In this document: positions 50,880-59,826 of the stretch, piece by piece
Numbering within the stretch: position 1 is the stretch's first letter
How the letters are laid out: each line of letters opens with the position of its first letter
Source: Thermodesulfobacteriota bacterium
GTDB lineage: Bacteria > Desulfobacterota > Desulfobulbia > Desulfobulbales > SURF-16
Direction of reading: 5' to 3'
Assembly: GCA_040755455.1 (NCBI GenBank)
Contig: JBFMAY010000003.1
Span: 32,001-96,000 of the forward strand
DNA: 64,000 bases
Notes under the pieces: model-generated
Databases searched by the model: none
Told to the model about the DNA's origin: nothing
The model's input: only the letters and a program-made list of their open reading frames with translations
Program-made: the position numbers and the translations under genes

Positions 50880-51494
50880 ATGACCACTGCAATCGGCAAA
50901 ACCCTGGCCCAGACCAGCTTTGACGAGCTGCTGGCGGAATCCACCCGCATCCACGGCCATATCTGCGCCGGCCAGGTGATCGGGGTGAGAATGGCCATGA
51001 TCGGCCTGCGGGAGATCGGCATTGCCGACCCCAGGGGGACGGAGCGCAAAAGTCTCTATGTGCTGGTGGAGATTGACCGCTGCGCCACCGATGCCATCCA
51101 GTCGGTGACCGGCTGCAGCCTGGGCAAACGCTCGCTCAAGTGGCTCGATCACGGCGTCATGGCCGCCACCTTTGTCAACCTGGGCACGGGCAAGGCGGTG
51201 CGCATCACCGCTAGAGAAGAATCCCGCGAGCTGGCCAAAAAGTACAGCCCGGAGGTGGAAGGCAAGTACAAACAGCAGCTTGAGGCCTATCGCGTGATGC
51301 CCGAGGAGGAGCTTTTCACCATCCAGCCGGTGTCCCTCACTATCCCGGCATGCGACTTGCCCGGCCGGCCCACGCAACGGGTACAATGCCAGGACTGCGG
51401 GGACTGGGTGCAGGATTGCCGGGAGGTGGTGCGGGACGGCCGGACACTATGCAAGGGCTGCGCCTTGGGCCGCTATTATCACCCCCTGGGATAA
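50880..51494 (+). CDS. FmdE/FwdE family protein with C-terminal zinc finger
   Basis: HGHICAG, RCATDAIQSVTGC, CQDC..CKGC. Confidence 0.9.
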   Translation: MTTAIGKTLAQTSFDELLAESTRIHGHICAGQVIGVRMAMIGLREIGIADPRGTERKSLYVLVEIDRCATDAIQSVTGCSLGKRSLKWLDHGVMAATFVNLGTGKAVRITAREESRELAKKYSPEVEGKYKQQLEAYRVMPEEELFTIQPVSLTIPACDLPGRPTQRVQCQDCGDWVQDCREVVRDGRTLCKGCALGRYYHPLG

Positions 51495-51502
51495 AAGACA
51501 TT

Positions 51503-52549
51503 ATGCCGGCAAAGACAATACCAGTTGATCAGGCGGTGGGCATGGTCCTGCCCCATGATATCACCGAAATCAGAGCGGCAGGCGCGGACAGCGGGGCATT
51601 CAAGGGGCCGGCCTTTAAAAAGGGCCATATCATCAGGCCGGAGGATGTGGAGCACCTGCGCAGGCTCGGCAAGGAGCGGATCTACCTCCTCACCCTTGAC
51701 GAAAACGAGATCCACGAAAATGAGGCGGCGCGGCTGATGGCCGACGCCATGGCCGGAGATGGCGTGGTCACCTCCGGACGGCCCACGGAAGGCAAACTCA
51801 GCCTGCTGGCCGCCCATGACGGGCTGCTCAAGGTAAACATCGAGGCCCTGTATCGTTTCAACCTGCTGGGCGAGGTGATGTGCGCCACCCTGCACGACAA
51901 CACCCCGGTCAGCAAGGGCGAGCAGGTGGCGGCCACCCGGCTGATCCCGCTGATTGCCGAACGGCGGCTGGTGGAACAGGCCGCGGCCATTGCCCGGGAT
52001 GCCGGAGGGCTGCTGCAGGTGAGGCAACTGCGGGCGGCCAGGGCCGGGCTGGTGATCACCGGCAGCGAGGTCTTTCATGGACGGATCAAGGATTCCTTTG
52101 CGCCGGTTCTGCAGGACAAGCTCGGCAAACTCGGCTCCAAGGTGGTCAAGGTGGCCTTTGCCCCGGATGACGCCAAGCTGATTGCCGCCGAGATCACAGC
52201 CTGCATAAAGGAAGAAGAGGCGGATCTCATTATCACCAGCGGCGGCATGTCGGTTGATCCGGATGATGTGACCAGGGCCGGCATAATAAAAGCCGGGGCC
52301 ACGGACATCTGCTACGGCACCCCGGTGCTGCCCGGCGCCATGTTTCTCACCGGCAGAATAGGTCAGGTGCCGGTGCTGGCCCTGCCGGCCTGCGGCATGT
52401 TCCACAAGATTACCGTTTTTGATCTGATCCTGCCCCGGGTGCTGTGCGGCGAGACCATCACCAGGGAGGACATGGCCCGCCTGGGACATGGGGGGCTGTG
52501 CCGTAACTGCAAAAGCTGCCAGTATCCGGTGTGCGGCTTCGGGAAGTGA
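51503..52549 (+). CDS. Molybdopterin-binding (MoeA-like) protein
   Basis: VLPHDIT, TGSEV, SGGMSVDPDD, PVLPGAM, C-terminal CRNCKSC.YPVC. Confidence 0.85.
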   Translation: MPAKTIPVDQAVGMVLPHDITEIRAAGADSGAFKGPAFKKGHIIRPEDVEHLRRLGKERIYLLTLDENEIHENEAARLMADAMAGDGVVTSGRPTEGKLSLLAAHDGLLKVNIEALYRFNLLGEVMCATLHDNTPVSKGEQVAATRLIPLIAERRLVEQAAAIARDAGGLLQVRQLRAARAGLVITGSEVFHGRIKDSFAPVLQDKLGKLGSKVVKVAFAPDDAKLIAAEITACIKEEEADLIITSGGMSVDPDDVTRAGIIKAGATDICYGTPVLPGAMFLTGRIGQVPVLALPACGMFHKITVFDLILPRVLCGETITREDMARLGHGGLCRNCKSCQYPVCGFGK

Positions 52550-52551
52550 AT

Positions 52552-52580
52552 TGGTCTTACTGGTCAGACCAGTAAGACCA
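52552..52580. repeat. Perfect 14-bp palindrome; related copies at 50256-50284 and 57628-57663
   Basis: TGGTCTTACTGGTC-A-GACCAGTAAGACCA. Confidence 0.7.
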
Positions 52581-52585
52581 GCCGA

Positions 52586-53668
52586 CTAATCAGGCCGGAT
52601 AATCATCCAGGTGCGCATGGCGAGGCGGCCCGTCTTCTTGTCCTTGCCGCTCACCGTCACCCGGTTCACATGGCGCTGCAGGGGACGGTTGTTGTCGATG
52701 GAGACGAAACCGCCGTCAACCTTGGCCCGTTGCCAGCCCAAATCAGTCACATAAATCCCCAGGGAGTTCGGTTCATACCTGTCCGGATGGAGCAGGGTCG
52801 CGCCGAATCTCTTCACCAGGGCGTTCTTGAGCGGCGCCGGCGGCGGTTCCATCACCGTCACCGGCATGTCGATGCGGTTCAGCACCTCGGCAAAATGCTT
52901 CATGGTGCTCCACTCATTGCCGAGAATCGGCTCCCGGGGGATGGAGTTCAGATCCGTCTCCGGGCTGATGGAGCCGGGGTCCTGGCTCATGATGGCCGCA
53001 TAGCCCAGTTTCCTGGCCTCCTCCTGAACAATGGAGTTGTACTCGCCATAGGGAATGGACAGGATTTTTGCCTGATGCCCCAGCTGCTGCTCAAGGATTT
53101 GGGCGCCCTTGGTCAGATCATCCCTGATCCAGGCCCGGTAACCGGCCTCATCAAGCCCTGCGGGCCGGTCGGCCATGCGGTTGTGGGAGTATGAGTGGTC
53201 CTGGAATTCACCGCCCTGTTTCTGCACCTCGCGCACCTGATCCCAGGTCATATAGGCCTTGGAGCCGCTGTCAATCCCTTTCACATAGAGGAAAACGGTG
53301 AACGGGTAGCCGAAGGACTGGAGGATGGGCCAGGCCACGTCGTAGACGCTGCGGTAGCCGTCGTCAATGGTGATCACCACTGCCTTGTCGGGCAGCGGCG
53401 TCTTGTGCTCGATGGCGCTGACCAGATCACTTAGGGCGATGACCTGGTAATTGTTGACCATCAGGTAGGCCAGCTGTTCACGGAACCGCTCGGCGCTGAC
53501 GTTGGTGGTGGGGTATTTGTTTTCGTCGAAGCGGTGGTAGATCAACACGGTGACGTTGGCACCGGCGGGCTCCCCGGCCCAGGGGACGGACGGCAGAAAA
53601 AACGCGAGAAAAAGAATGACAATTAATGCATAACAGAATGGAATAGCGTCTTTTTTAGATTTTCTCAT
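52586..53668 (-). CDS. Polysaccharide deacetylase (CE4), exported
   Basis: LIYHRF, ITIDDG, HSYSH, PYGEY; N-terminal hydrophobic segment. Confidence 0.9.
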   Translation of the reverse strand: MRKSKKDAIPFCYALIVILFLAFFLPSVPWAGEPAGANVTVLIYHRFDENKYPTTNVSAERFREQLAYLMVNNYQVIALSDLVSAIEHKTPLPDKAVVITIDDGYRSVYDVAWPILQSFGYPFTVFLYVKGIDSGSKAYMTWDQVREVQKQGGEFQDHSYSHNRMADRPAGLDEAGYRAWIRDDLTKGAQILEQQLGHQAKILSIPYGEYNSIVQEEARKLGYAAIMSQDPGSISPETDLNSIPREPILGNEWSTMKHFAEVLNRIDMPVTVMEPPPAPLKNALVKRFGATLLHPDRYEPNSLGIYVTDLGWQRAKVDGGFVSIDNNRPLQRHVNRVTVSGKDKKTGRLAMRTWMIIRPD

Positions 53669-54776
53669 TACTCGACCTCTCAAGAGCGGCAAGATTCACA
53701 GGCCTCTCCCGCCGCTGCTGAGAGTTTTGCGCAAGCTCCATGGCGTCAAACCGTTGCAGTTCATTGGTGGCAATAATCTGTTTCACATCCTCGATATAGG
53801 AGTCCCGTCTTTCCGAATACAAGAGCAGGCCTTCGGCAATGGCCATGGAGCTTCCGGTGCGGCTGCGCATTTCCCACAGGCCGGTATAAGCCGGATGGCG
53901 GTTGATCATCAGCAGGTAGGCGCGCACGGAATCAAGCAGGGTATCGAAGGAAGCCACCTTATGCAGGGAGTCCTTGGCGCGGTTTGCCGGGGTCATGCCC
54001 TTATCGCCCCAAGTCCAGATGCCGAAGAGGTTATTGCCTTCCGCGACAAAACGGGAACCGCCCCAGGAGGATTCAAGGGCGCCCTGGGCGAGAATAAGGC
54101 TGACCGGCAGCACGTCAACCCTGAGCTGCAGCTTCTCTTTGGAATTGGTGCGGTATTTGCGGACAAGATGCTGCAGAAAATCTATTTCCGCGTCGCTGAC
54201 ATGCTGGGGCCAGACGGTTTCATCATCGAACAGGAGGGCGTCTTCCGTGCTGCCCAGCTTGGCAAGTATGGTCTGCAGGGAGGTTTTCTCCTGGGTAATT
54301 TCATTGAGGGCGATGAGGCTGATGGGCAACAGGGTGTTGATAAAGGCCTTTTTCTTGGTCGCCACATCGAGATCATTCATATCCTGGGGAAGATTGACGA
54401 ATGAGACAGGAGGAACGACGGCATTGTCTCCGATGTCCCACAGGTTTCTGCTGCGCAGATTTTCGAGCAGGTCGGCGGTGGAATCCACCCGGATGGCGTT
54501 CACCTTGCCGGCATGGGCGTTTTCGCCGGTTTCTTTATCGGAAACCCTCTGCCCCGCGGGACGACAGGCAACAAGAACCAGGATCAGGCAAAGGCACAGC
54601 AAAGCCACCACCACACTGGCGGTCAAGATTTTCTGTGCCGGGGAAATGCCGGGTGGGGGCGGCCCTGCCATGGCCGGCCGGCCGAAGGCGGGAGATCGGC
54701 CGCCCAGATCAGCCTTCTTCAGATAGCCGGTGCCGGAAAAATCAATCTTCCGTTTATTTTCATAAAAATTGGCCAT
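53655..54776 (-). CDS. Glucosaminidase-domain (Bax-like) peptidoglycan hydrolase
   Basis: KKKAF, LAQGALESSWG, NNLFGI, HPAY, YSER; single TM anchor; start uncertain. Confidence 0.85.
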   Translation of the reverse strand: MANFYENKRKIDFSGTGYLKKADLGGRSPAFGRPAMAGPPPPGISPAQKILTASVVVALLCLCLILVLVACRPAGQRVSDKETGENAHAGKVNAIRVDSTADLLENLRSRNLWDIGDNAVVPPVSFVNLPQDMNDLDVATKKKAFINTLLPISLIALNEITQEKTSLQTILAKLGSTEDALLFDDETVWPQHVSDAEIDFLQHLVRKYRTNSKEKLQLRVDVLPVSLILAQGALESSWGGSRFVAEGNNLFGIWTWGDKGMTPANRAKDSLHKVASFDTLLDSVRAYLLMINRHPAYTGLWEMRSRTGSSMAIAEGLLLYSERRDSYIEDVKQIIATNELQRFDAMELAQNSQQRRERPVNLAALERSSNEKI

Positions 54777-55005
54777 AAAACTTATTTCCTGTAATTTAGG
54801 AGAGTTATCCGAACCATACCACAGCCGCTGGACCCCTCGATTCGGGGTACTATATATGGTGGAGTTGCAAAAATCAAACTTATTCTTTCCGGCTGCAGGG
54901 CGCCTAAAGTATGTAACGAAAAGTTGTCAAAAAAAAATCAACGGGTTAATGATGGGAAATCAAAGTGGAAAATCGCATACCAATTTAATCTTACGGAGGA
55001 AAGAT

Positions 55006-55590
55006 ATGATTTACCGCCTGCTTGTTTTTTTTCTGCTGCTCTGCCAGCCGTTGGCTTCTCAGGCCGCCGACAGCGCGGCCCAGCCCGGTAAAGGAAAGAT
55101 TGTCATGGAAACAACCATGGGAACGATCAAAATCGAACTTTTCGATGACAAGGCGCCCATTACCTGCAGCAACTTCCGCCGTTACGTGGGTGAGGGGTTC
55201 TTCAACGGCCTTATTTTTCACCGGGTCATTCCCGGCTTTGTCGTGCAGGGCGGCGGTTTTGAGCCGGGCATGAAAAAAAGAAGCACCCATGAGCCTATTG
55301 TCAATGAGGCGGACAACGGCCTGAAAAACACCAGGGGTACGCTTTCCATGGCCCGCACCCAGGATATTTACAGCGCCACCAGCCAGTTCTTCATCAATGT
55401 GGTGGATAATGCGAGCCTTGACCACCGTGGCAAAACACCGACCGCCTTCGGCTACGCGGTTTTCGCCAGGGTCACTGAGGGCATGGATGTGGTTGATAAG
55501 ATTGTGGCTACCCCCACCGGCCAGGTAGGGGGGTACGGTGACGTGCCCAAGACCGACGTGGTCATGACCAAGGTATACGAGGAGAAGTAG
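55006..55590 (+). CDS. ppiA: Periplasmic cyclophilin (PpiA-like)
   Basis: Signal peptide, FHRVIPGFVVQGGG, SMART, SATSQFFIN, GYAVF; GGAGG RBS. Confidence 0.88.
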   Translation: MIYRLLVFFLLLCQPLASQAADSAAQPGKGKIVMETTMGTIKIELFDDKAPITCSNFRRYVGEGFFNGLIFHRVIPGFVVQGGGFEPGMKKRSTHEPIVNEADNGLKNTRGTLSMARTQDIYSATSQFFINVVDNASLDHRGKTPTAFGYAVFARVTEGMDVVDKIVATPTGQVGGYGDVPKTDVVMTKVYEEK

Positions 55591-55632
55591 CGATCAAGCG
55601 TTACAACGTTTAAACGCTTAAACGCCCGAACG

Positions 55633-57621
55633 CTATTTTTTCCCCTCATCGAACAGGGACAGGATCTTGGGGTCCTGTCCCTCATCCTCGCTTTTTTTCT
55701 CCGTCAGTTCGTTGATCCGCCGCACCGGCCGGATTGACACCCGTTTTCCTTTGGCGATTGAACCCTTGATGAGAAATTCATCGAAGCAGAAATCCTCATA
55801 ATTTTTCTTGGCCCTTTTGGACGGCTTGAGGTGGATGCGTATCCTGCTCCCCTCTCCCAGTGACAGGAATTGGATGTGCGACTTGCCGTGCGGCGGGAAA
55901 AGATGGTATTCCTTTTCCAGGATGAACTTGGGGCAATGGAACCGCTTGATATAACTCAGCTCCTCTTCGCCATCCAGATAGACCGCATTGAAGACCAGTT
56001 TTTCATCAACCGTGCCCACCCAGCACAGATCGGAACCGACAAAGACCTTGTCGGCCACATGGATCACCTTGTAAATGCCGTTGTTGAAGATCAGCAGCAG
56101 CTTGTCATACTCAGAGCAGGCAAAGGAACGGTCGCAGTCGGATTTGACCTGATGGCCGAGAAAGCCGCTCTCCCGGTGGTAACCCACGGTGAGATTGGAG
56201 AGCGCCACATCCCTGGCCTCCACCTCGGAGAAGGTGGCGATCTCCGTGCGCCGCGGGTAAAGATGGCCGTAAGTCGTAAGCAGCCTGTCCAGGTAGCGCA
56301 GGGTGAAGCCCACCATGTCCCGCAGATCCTTTTCCACCTCCCGGGTCCTGTCCTGGATCTCCTTGATGTCCTTGCGTTTTTTGTCAATGTCGTAGCGGGA
56401 GATGCGGCGGATGCGGATCTCAAGCAGCCTCTCTATGTCATCCTTGGTCACGTCGCGCAGCAGCCGCTCCCGGGAAGGGGCAAGGGCCTCGTTCACCGTA
56501 GCAACCACCAGCCGGTAACTGGTGCATTCCTCGATTTTCTTGTACAGCCGCTCCTCAATAAAGATCTGCTCCAGCAGATGGGCATGCAGTTTTTCCCGCA
56601 GGCGGTCCAGTTCGATTCTGAGCTCGGTCTCCAGGTCCGCCTTGAGTTTCGCCGTGTTGTCCAGCAGCAGCTCGGAAACCGAGATATTGACCGGCCGGTT
56701 GTTGCGGATGGAGGTCAGATTGGGGCTGATGGGCACCTCGCAGTCGGAAAAGGCGTAGAGCGCCCTGATGGTGTCCTCGGCGTAAATGCCGCGGGCGAGC
56801 TTGATCTCGATCTCCACCTCTTCGGCGGTATAATCGTTGATGGAAACAATCTTGATCTTGCCTGATTTGGCCGCCTTCTCAATGCTTTCCATGATGGACA
56901 GGGTGGTGGTGGTGTAGGGAATCTCCTTGATGAGAATGGTTTTCTCGTTTTTTTCCACGATGCGCGCCCGGCACCTGATCCTGCCGTTGCCGTCATTGTA
57001 GCCGTTGACATCCATGAGCCCGCCCTGAGGAAAATCAGGGTAGATGGCAAAGGGCTCTCCCCGCAGAATCTTTTTCTGGGCCTCCAGCAACTCGCAGAAA
57101 TTATGGGGCATGATCTTGGTGGCCATGCCCACGGCAATGCCGTCCGCCCCCTGGAGCAGCAGCAATGGGAGCTTGGCCGGCAGCACCACCGGCTCCTGCA
57201 TGCGGCCGTCATAGGAATCGACAAATTCCGTCAGGTCCTTGTTGAACAGGATTTCCCGGGCCAGGGGGGTGAGACGGCACTCGATATAACGGGCCGCAGA
57301 AGGCCCGTCGCCGGTGAAGATGTTGCCGAAGTTGCCCTGTCGTTCGATGAGATAGCCCTTGTTGGCCAGATTGACCAGGGCCCCGAAGATGGACTGGTCG
57401 CCGTGGGGATGGAGCTTCATGGTTTCGCCGACCACATTGGCAACCTTGTTGAAGCGGCCGTCATCCATGTTGAACAGGGTCTGCATGATGCGCCGCTGCA
57501 CCGGCTTCAGGCCGTCGGTCACATCCGGGATGGCCCGTTCCTTGATCACATAGGAGGTGTAGTCCAGAAAATTGGTGTCAAAAAGCTGATGCAGCGATCC
57601 GTATTCGGTCAGATTTTCCAT
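55633..57621 (-). CDS. parC: DNA topoisomerase IV subunit A
   Basis: DGLKPVQRR, HPHGD, AARY; short divergent C-terminus. Confidence 0.85.
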   Translation of the reverse strand: MENLTEYGSLHQLFDTNFLDYTSYVIKERAIPDVTDGLKPVQRRIMQTLFNMDDGRFNKVANVVGETMKLHPHGDQSIFGALVNLANKGYLIERQGNFGNIFTGDGPSAARYIECRLTPLAREILFNKDLTEFVDSYDGRMQEPVVLPAKLPLLLLQGADGIAVGMATKIMPHNFCELLEAQKKILRGEPFAIYPDFPQGGLMDVNGYNDGNGRIRCRARIVEKNEKTILIKEIPYTTTTLSIMESIEKAAKSGKIKIVSINDYTAEEVEIEIKLARGIYAEDTIRALYAFSDCEVPISPNLTSIRNNRPVNISVSELLLDNTAKLKADLETELRIELDRLREKLHAHLLEQIFIEERLYKKIEECTSYRLVVATVNEALAPSRERLLRDVTKDDIERLLEIRIRRISRYDIDKKRKDIKEIQDRTREVEKDLRDMVGFTLRYLDRLLTTYGHLYPRRTEIATFSEVEARDVALSNLTVGYHRESGFLGHQVKSDCDRSFACSEYDKLLLIFNNGIYKVIHVADKVFVGSDLCWVGTVDEKLVFNAVYLDGEEELSYIKRFHCPKFILEKEYHLFPPHGKSHIQFLSLGEGSRIRIHLKPSKRAKKNYEDFCFDEFLIKGSIAKGKRVSIRPVRRINELTEKKSEDEGQDPKILSLFDEGKK

Positions 57622-57655
57622 ATATTTGTCTTACTGGTCTGATTGGTCCGACTCA

Positions 57656-59485
57656 TCAGACTAAATGGGTCATGATGTACTCTTTGCGCACCGGGGTGTT
57701 TTTCCCCATGTAAAAAGAGAGCAGCCGGGGCACGTCGCTCAACCGGTCAATGCTCACCTGCTGCAGGCGCATGCCGGGGCCGATGAACTGCTTGAACTCA
57801 CGGGGCGAGATCTCGCCAAGGCCCTTGAACCTGGTGATCTCCACCCGTTTATCGGCCTTACCCTTGCCGCGCAGTTCCTTTTCCGCCTCGATCTTCTCCT
57901 TTTCCGAATAACAGTACCGGGTTTCCTCCTTGTTGCGCACCCGGAAAATCGGGGTCTCCAGAATGTAGACATGGCCCCGTTTGACCAGGTTTTCAAAATA
58001 GGTGAGGAAGAAGGTGAGCATCAAATTGCGGATATGCAGGCCGTCCACATCGGCGTCGGTGGCCAGGATCACCTTGTCGTAGCGCAGGCCGCCCACCGAG
58101 TCCTCGATATTGAGCGCCCGCATCATGTTGTACAGCTCCTCGTTCTTGTACAGCAGGGTCATGGACTGGCCGTAGACGTTCATCGGCTTGCCCTTCAGGG
58201 AAAAGACCGCCTGGTTCATGGGGTCGCGGGAGCTGACAATGGAGCCTGAGGCGGACTGGCCCTCGGTGATGAAGACCATGTTTTCCCGGCCGGGCGCAGA
58301 CGGGTTATCCTTGCTGGGATGGTACTTGCAGTCTTTCAGCTGGGGCACCCGGATGGCCACCTTTTTCGCCTTGGCCTTGGCCTCCTTGCGCACATGCTGC
58401 AGCTCCTTGCGCACCTTCTCGTTCTGCTGGATCTTGTCGATGAGAACTTCGGTGACTTCCTTTTCCTTGTAGAGATAATCGCAGACAAAATCCCTTACCC
58501 GGTTGACGATGGTCGCCCTGATCTCCGTGTTGCCCAGCTTGTTCTTGGTCTGGGACTCGAAAATCGGGTCCTTGATCTTCACCGCCACCGTGCCGACAAT
58601 GCCTTCCCGCACATCTTCGCCCAGGTATTTCTTGCCGGTGAAGTCGTTGACCCCTTTCAGAATCCCTTCGCGGAAGGCCGAGAGGTGGGTGCCGCCCTCG
58701 TTGGTATAGGTGCCGTTGACAAAGGAAAAGTAATTCTCGCCATAGCCCTCCGTATGACAGAAGGCGAATTCCAGGGTCTCGTCCTTGTAGTAAAGGGGTT
58801 CATAGAGCCGGCCCTCGTCGATCTCATTGGCCAGCAGATCAAGCAGGCCATGGGCGGAAAAAAAGCATTCCTTGTCCAGGTAAAGTTTCAGACCGGCGTT
58901 GAGATAGGCGTAGCGCCACAGCCGTTTGCGGACAAAATCCGGATTAAAGGCATACTCCTCAAAATGCGCCCGGTTGGGCAGGAACTCCACCAGGGTGCCG
59001 TTTTTTTCCGTGGTTTCACCCTCGTCCTGGCCCTCGAGGATACCCTCGGCAAAAACTGCCCGGGCAAAGCGGCCGTCCCGGAAGGAGGTGACAATGAATT
59101 TTTCGGACAGGGCATTGACCGCCTTGGTGCCCACGCCATTGAGGCCAACGGAAAACTGAAAGACATCGGTATTGTATTTCGCTCCGGTATTGATCACCGA
59201 TACACATTCCACCAGCTTGCCCAGGGGGATGCCGCGGCCGAAGTCGCGCACCTTGACCCGGCCCTCCTCGCCGTCGTTAATGGTGATGATGACCTTCTTG
59301 CCCGCTCCCATGATAAACTCATCAACCGCGTTATCAATGACCTCCTTGAGCAGGATATAGATGCCGTCATCAGGATGGGAGCCATTGCCGAGCCGGCCGA
59401 TATACATGCCGGGACGGAGACGGATATGCTCCAGCGAGCTCAAGGTCTTTATTTTTGATTCATCGTAGGCTACTGTTGCAGACAT
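57656..59485 (-). CDS. parE: DNA topoisomerase IV subunit B
   Basis: RPGMYIG, EVIDNAVDE, GRGIP, GLNGVG, TEGQSA, DADVDG, RFKGLGE. Confidence 0.88.
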   Translation of the reverse strand: MSATVAYDESKIKTLSSLEHIRLRPGMYIGRLGNGSHPDDGIYILLKEVIDNAVDEFIMGAGKKVIITINDGEEGRVKVRDFGRGIPLGKLVECVSVINTGAKYNTDVFQFSVGLNGVGTKAVNALSEKFIVTSFRDGRFARAVFAEGILEGQDEGETTEKNGTLVEFLPNRAHFEEYAFNPDFVRKRLWRYAYLNAGLKLYLDKECFFSAHGLLDLLANEIDEGRLYEPLYYKDETLEFAFCHTEGYGENYFSFVNGTYTNEGGTHLSAFREGILKGVNDFTGKKYLGEDVREGIVGTVAVKIKDPIFESQTKNKLGNTEIRATIVNRVRDFVCDYLYKEKEVTEVLIDKIQQNEKVRKELQHVRKEAKAKAKKVAIRVPQLKDCKYHPSKDNPSAPGRENMVFITEGQSASGSIVSSRDPMNQAVFSLKGKPMNVYGQSMTLLYKNEELYNMMRALNIEDSVGGLRYDKVILATDADVDGLHIRNLMLTFFLTYFENLVKRGHVYILETPIFRVRNKEETRYCYSEKEKIEAEKELRGKGKADKRVEITRFKGLGEISPREFKQFIGPGMRLQQVSIDRLSDVPRLLSFYMGKNTPVRKEYIMTHLV

Positions 59486-59826
59486 ATCGAGTTTTGCGAA
59501 AAAGAAAAGTTTAAGGGTTGGCGCAATATTGCAAGTTCCATTCTATATCCCTCTTTCCTGCCGGACGCAACTTCAATTAGAATTGATTTTTTTGTTGTTT
59601 TGAAAAATTCTTTGCCTCTCTGACTAGTTACGTTAATGTATTTTTTTTTAAAAATGATATGATACTGACTTAAGGACGGCAACGGAGCCTGAAACTTCGG
59701 CGGCCGCTGTTCTTGTCGAAAAATATTCATCATTTTTGCAATGATTACAAAATGTTTTAGCGAAACCCGCAAAATGACTGATACGCAAATTCTAACAAAT
59801 ACATTCTCACAATAAGGATATTTCCC

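Noticed and set aside
54847..54862. NrdR-box-like GTACTATATATGGTGG
   Set aside because: No second box and no nrd gene adjacent
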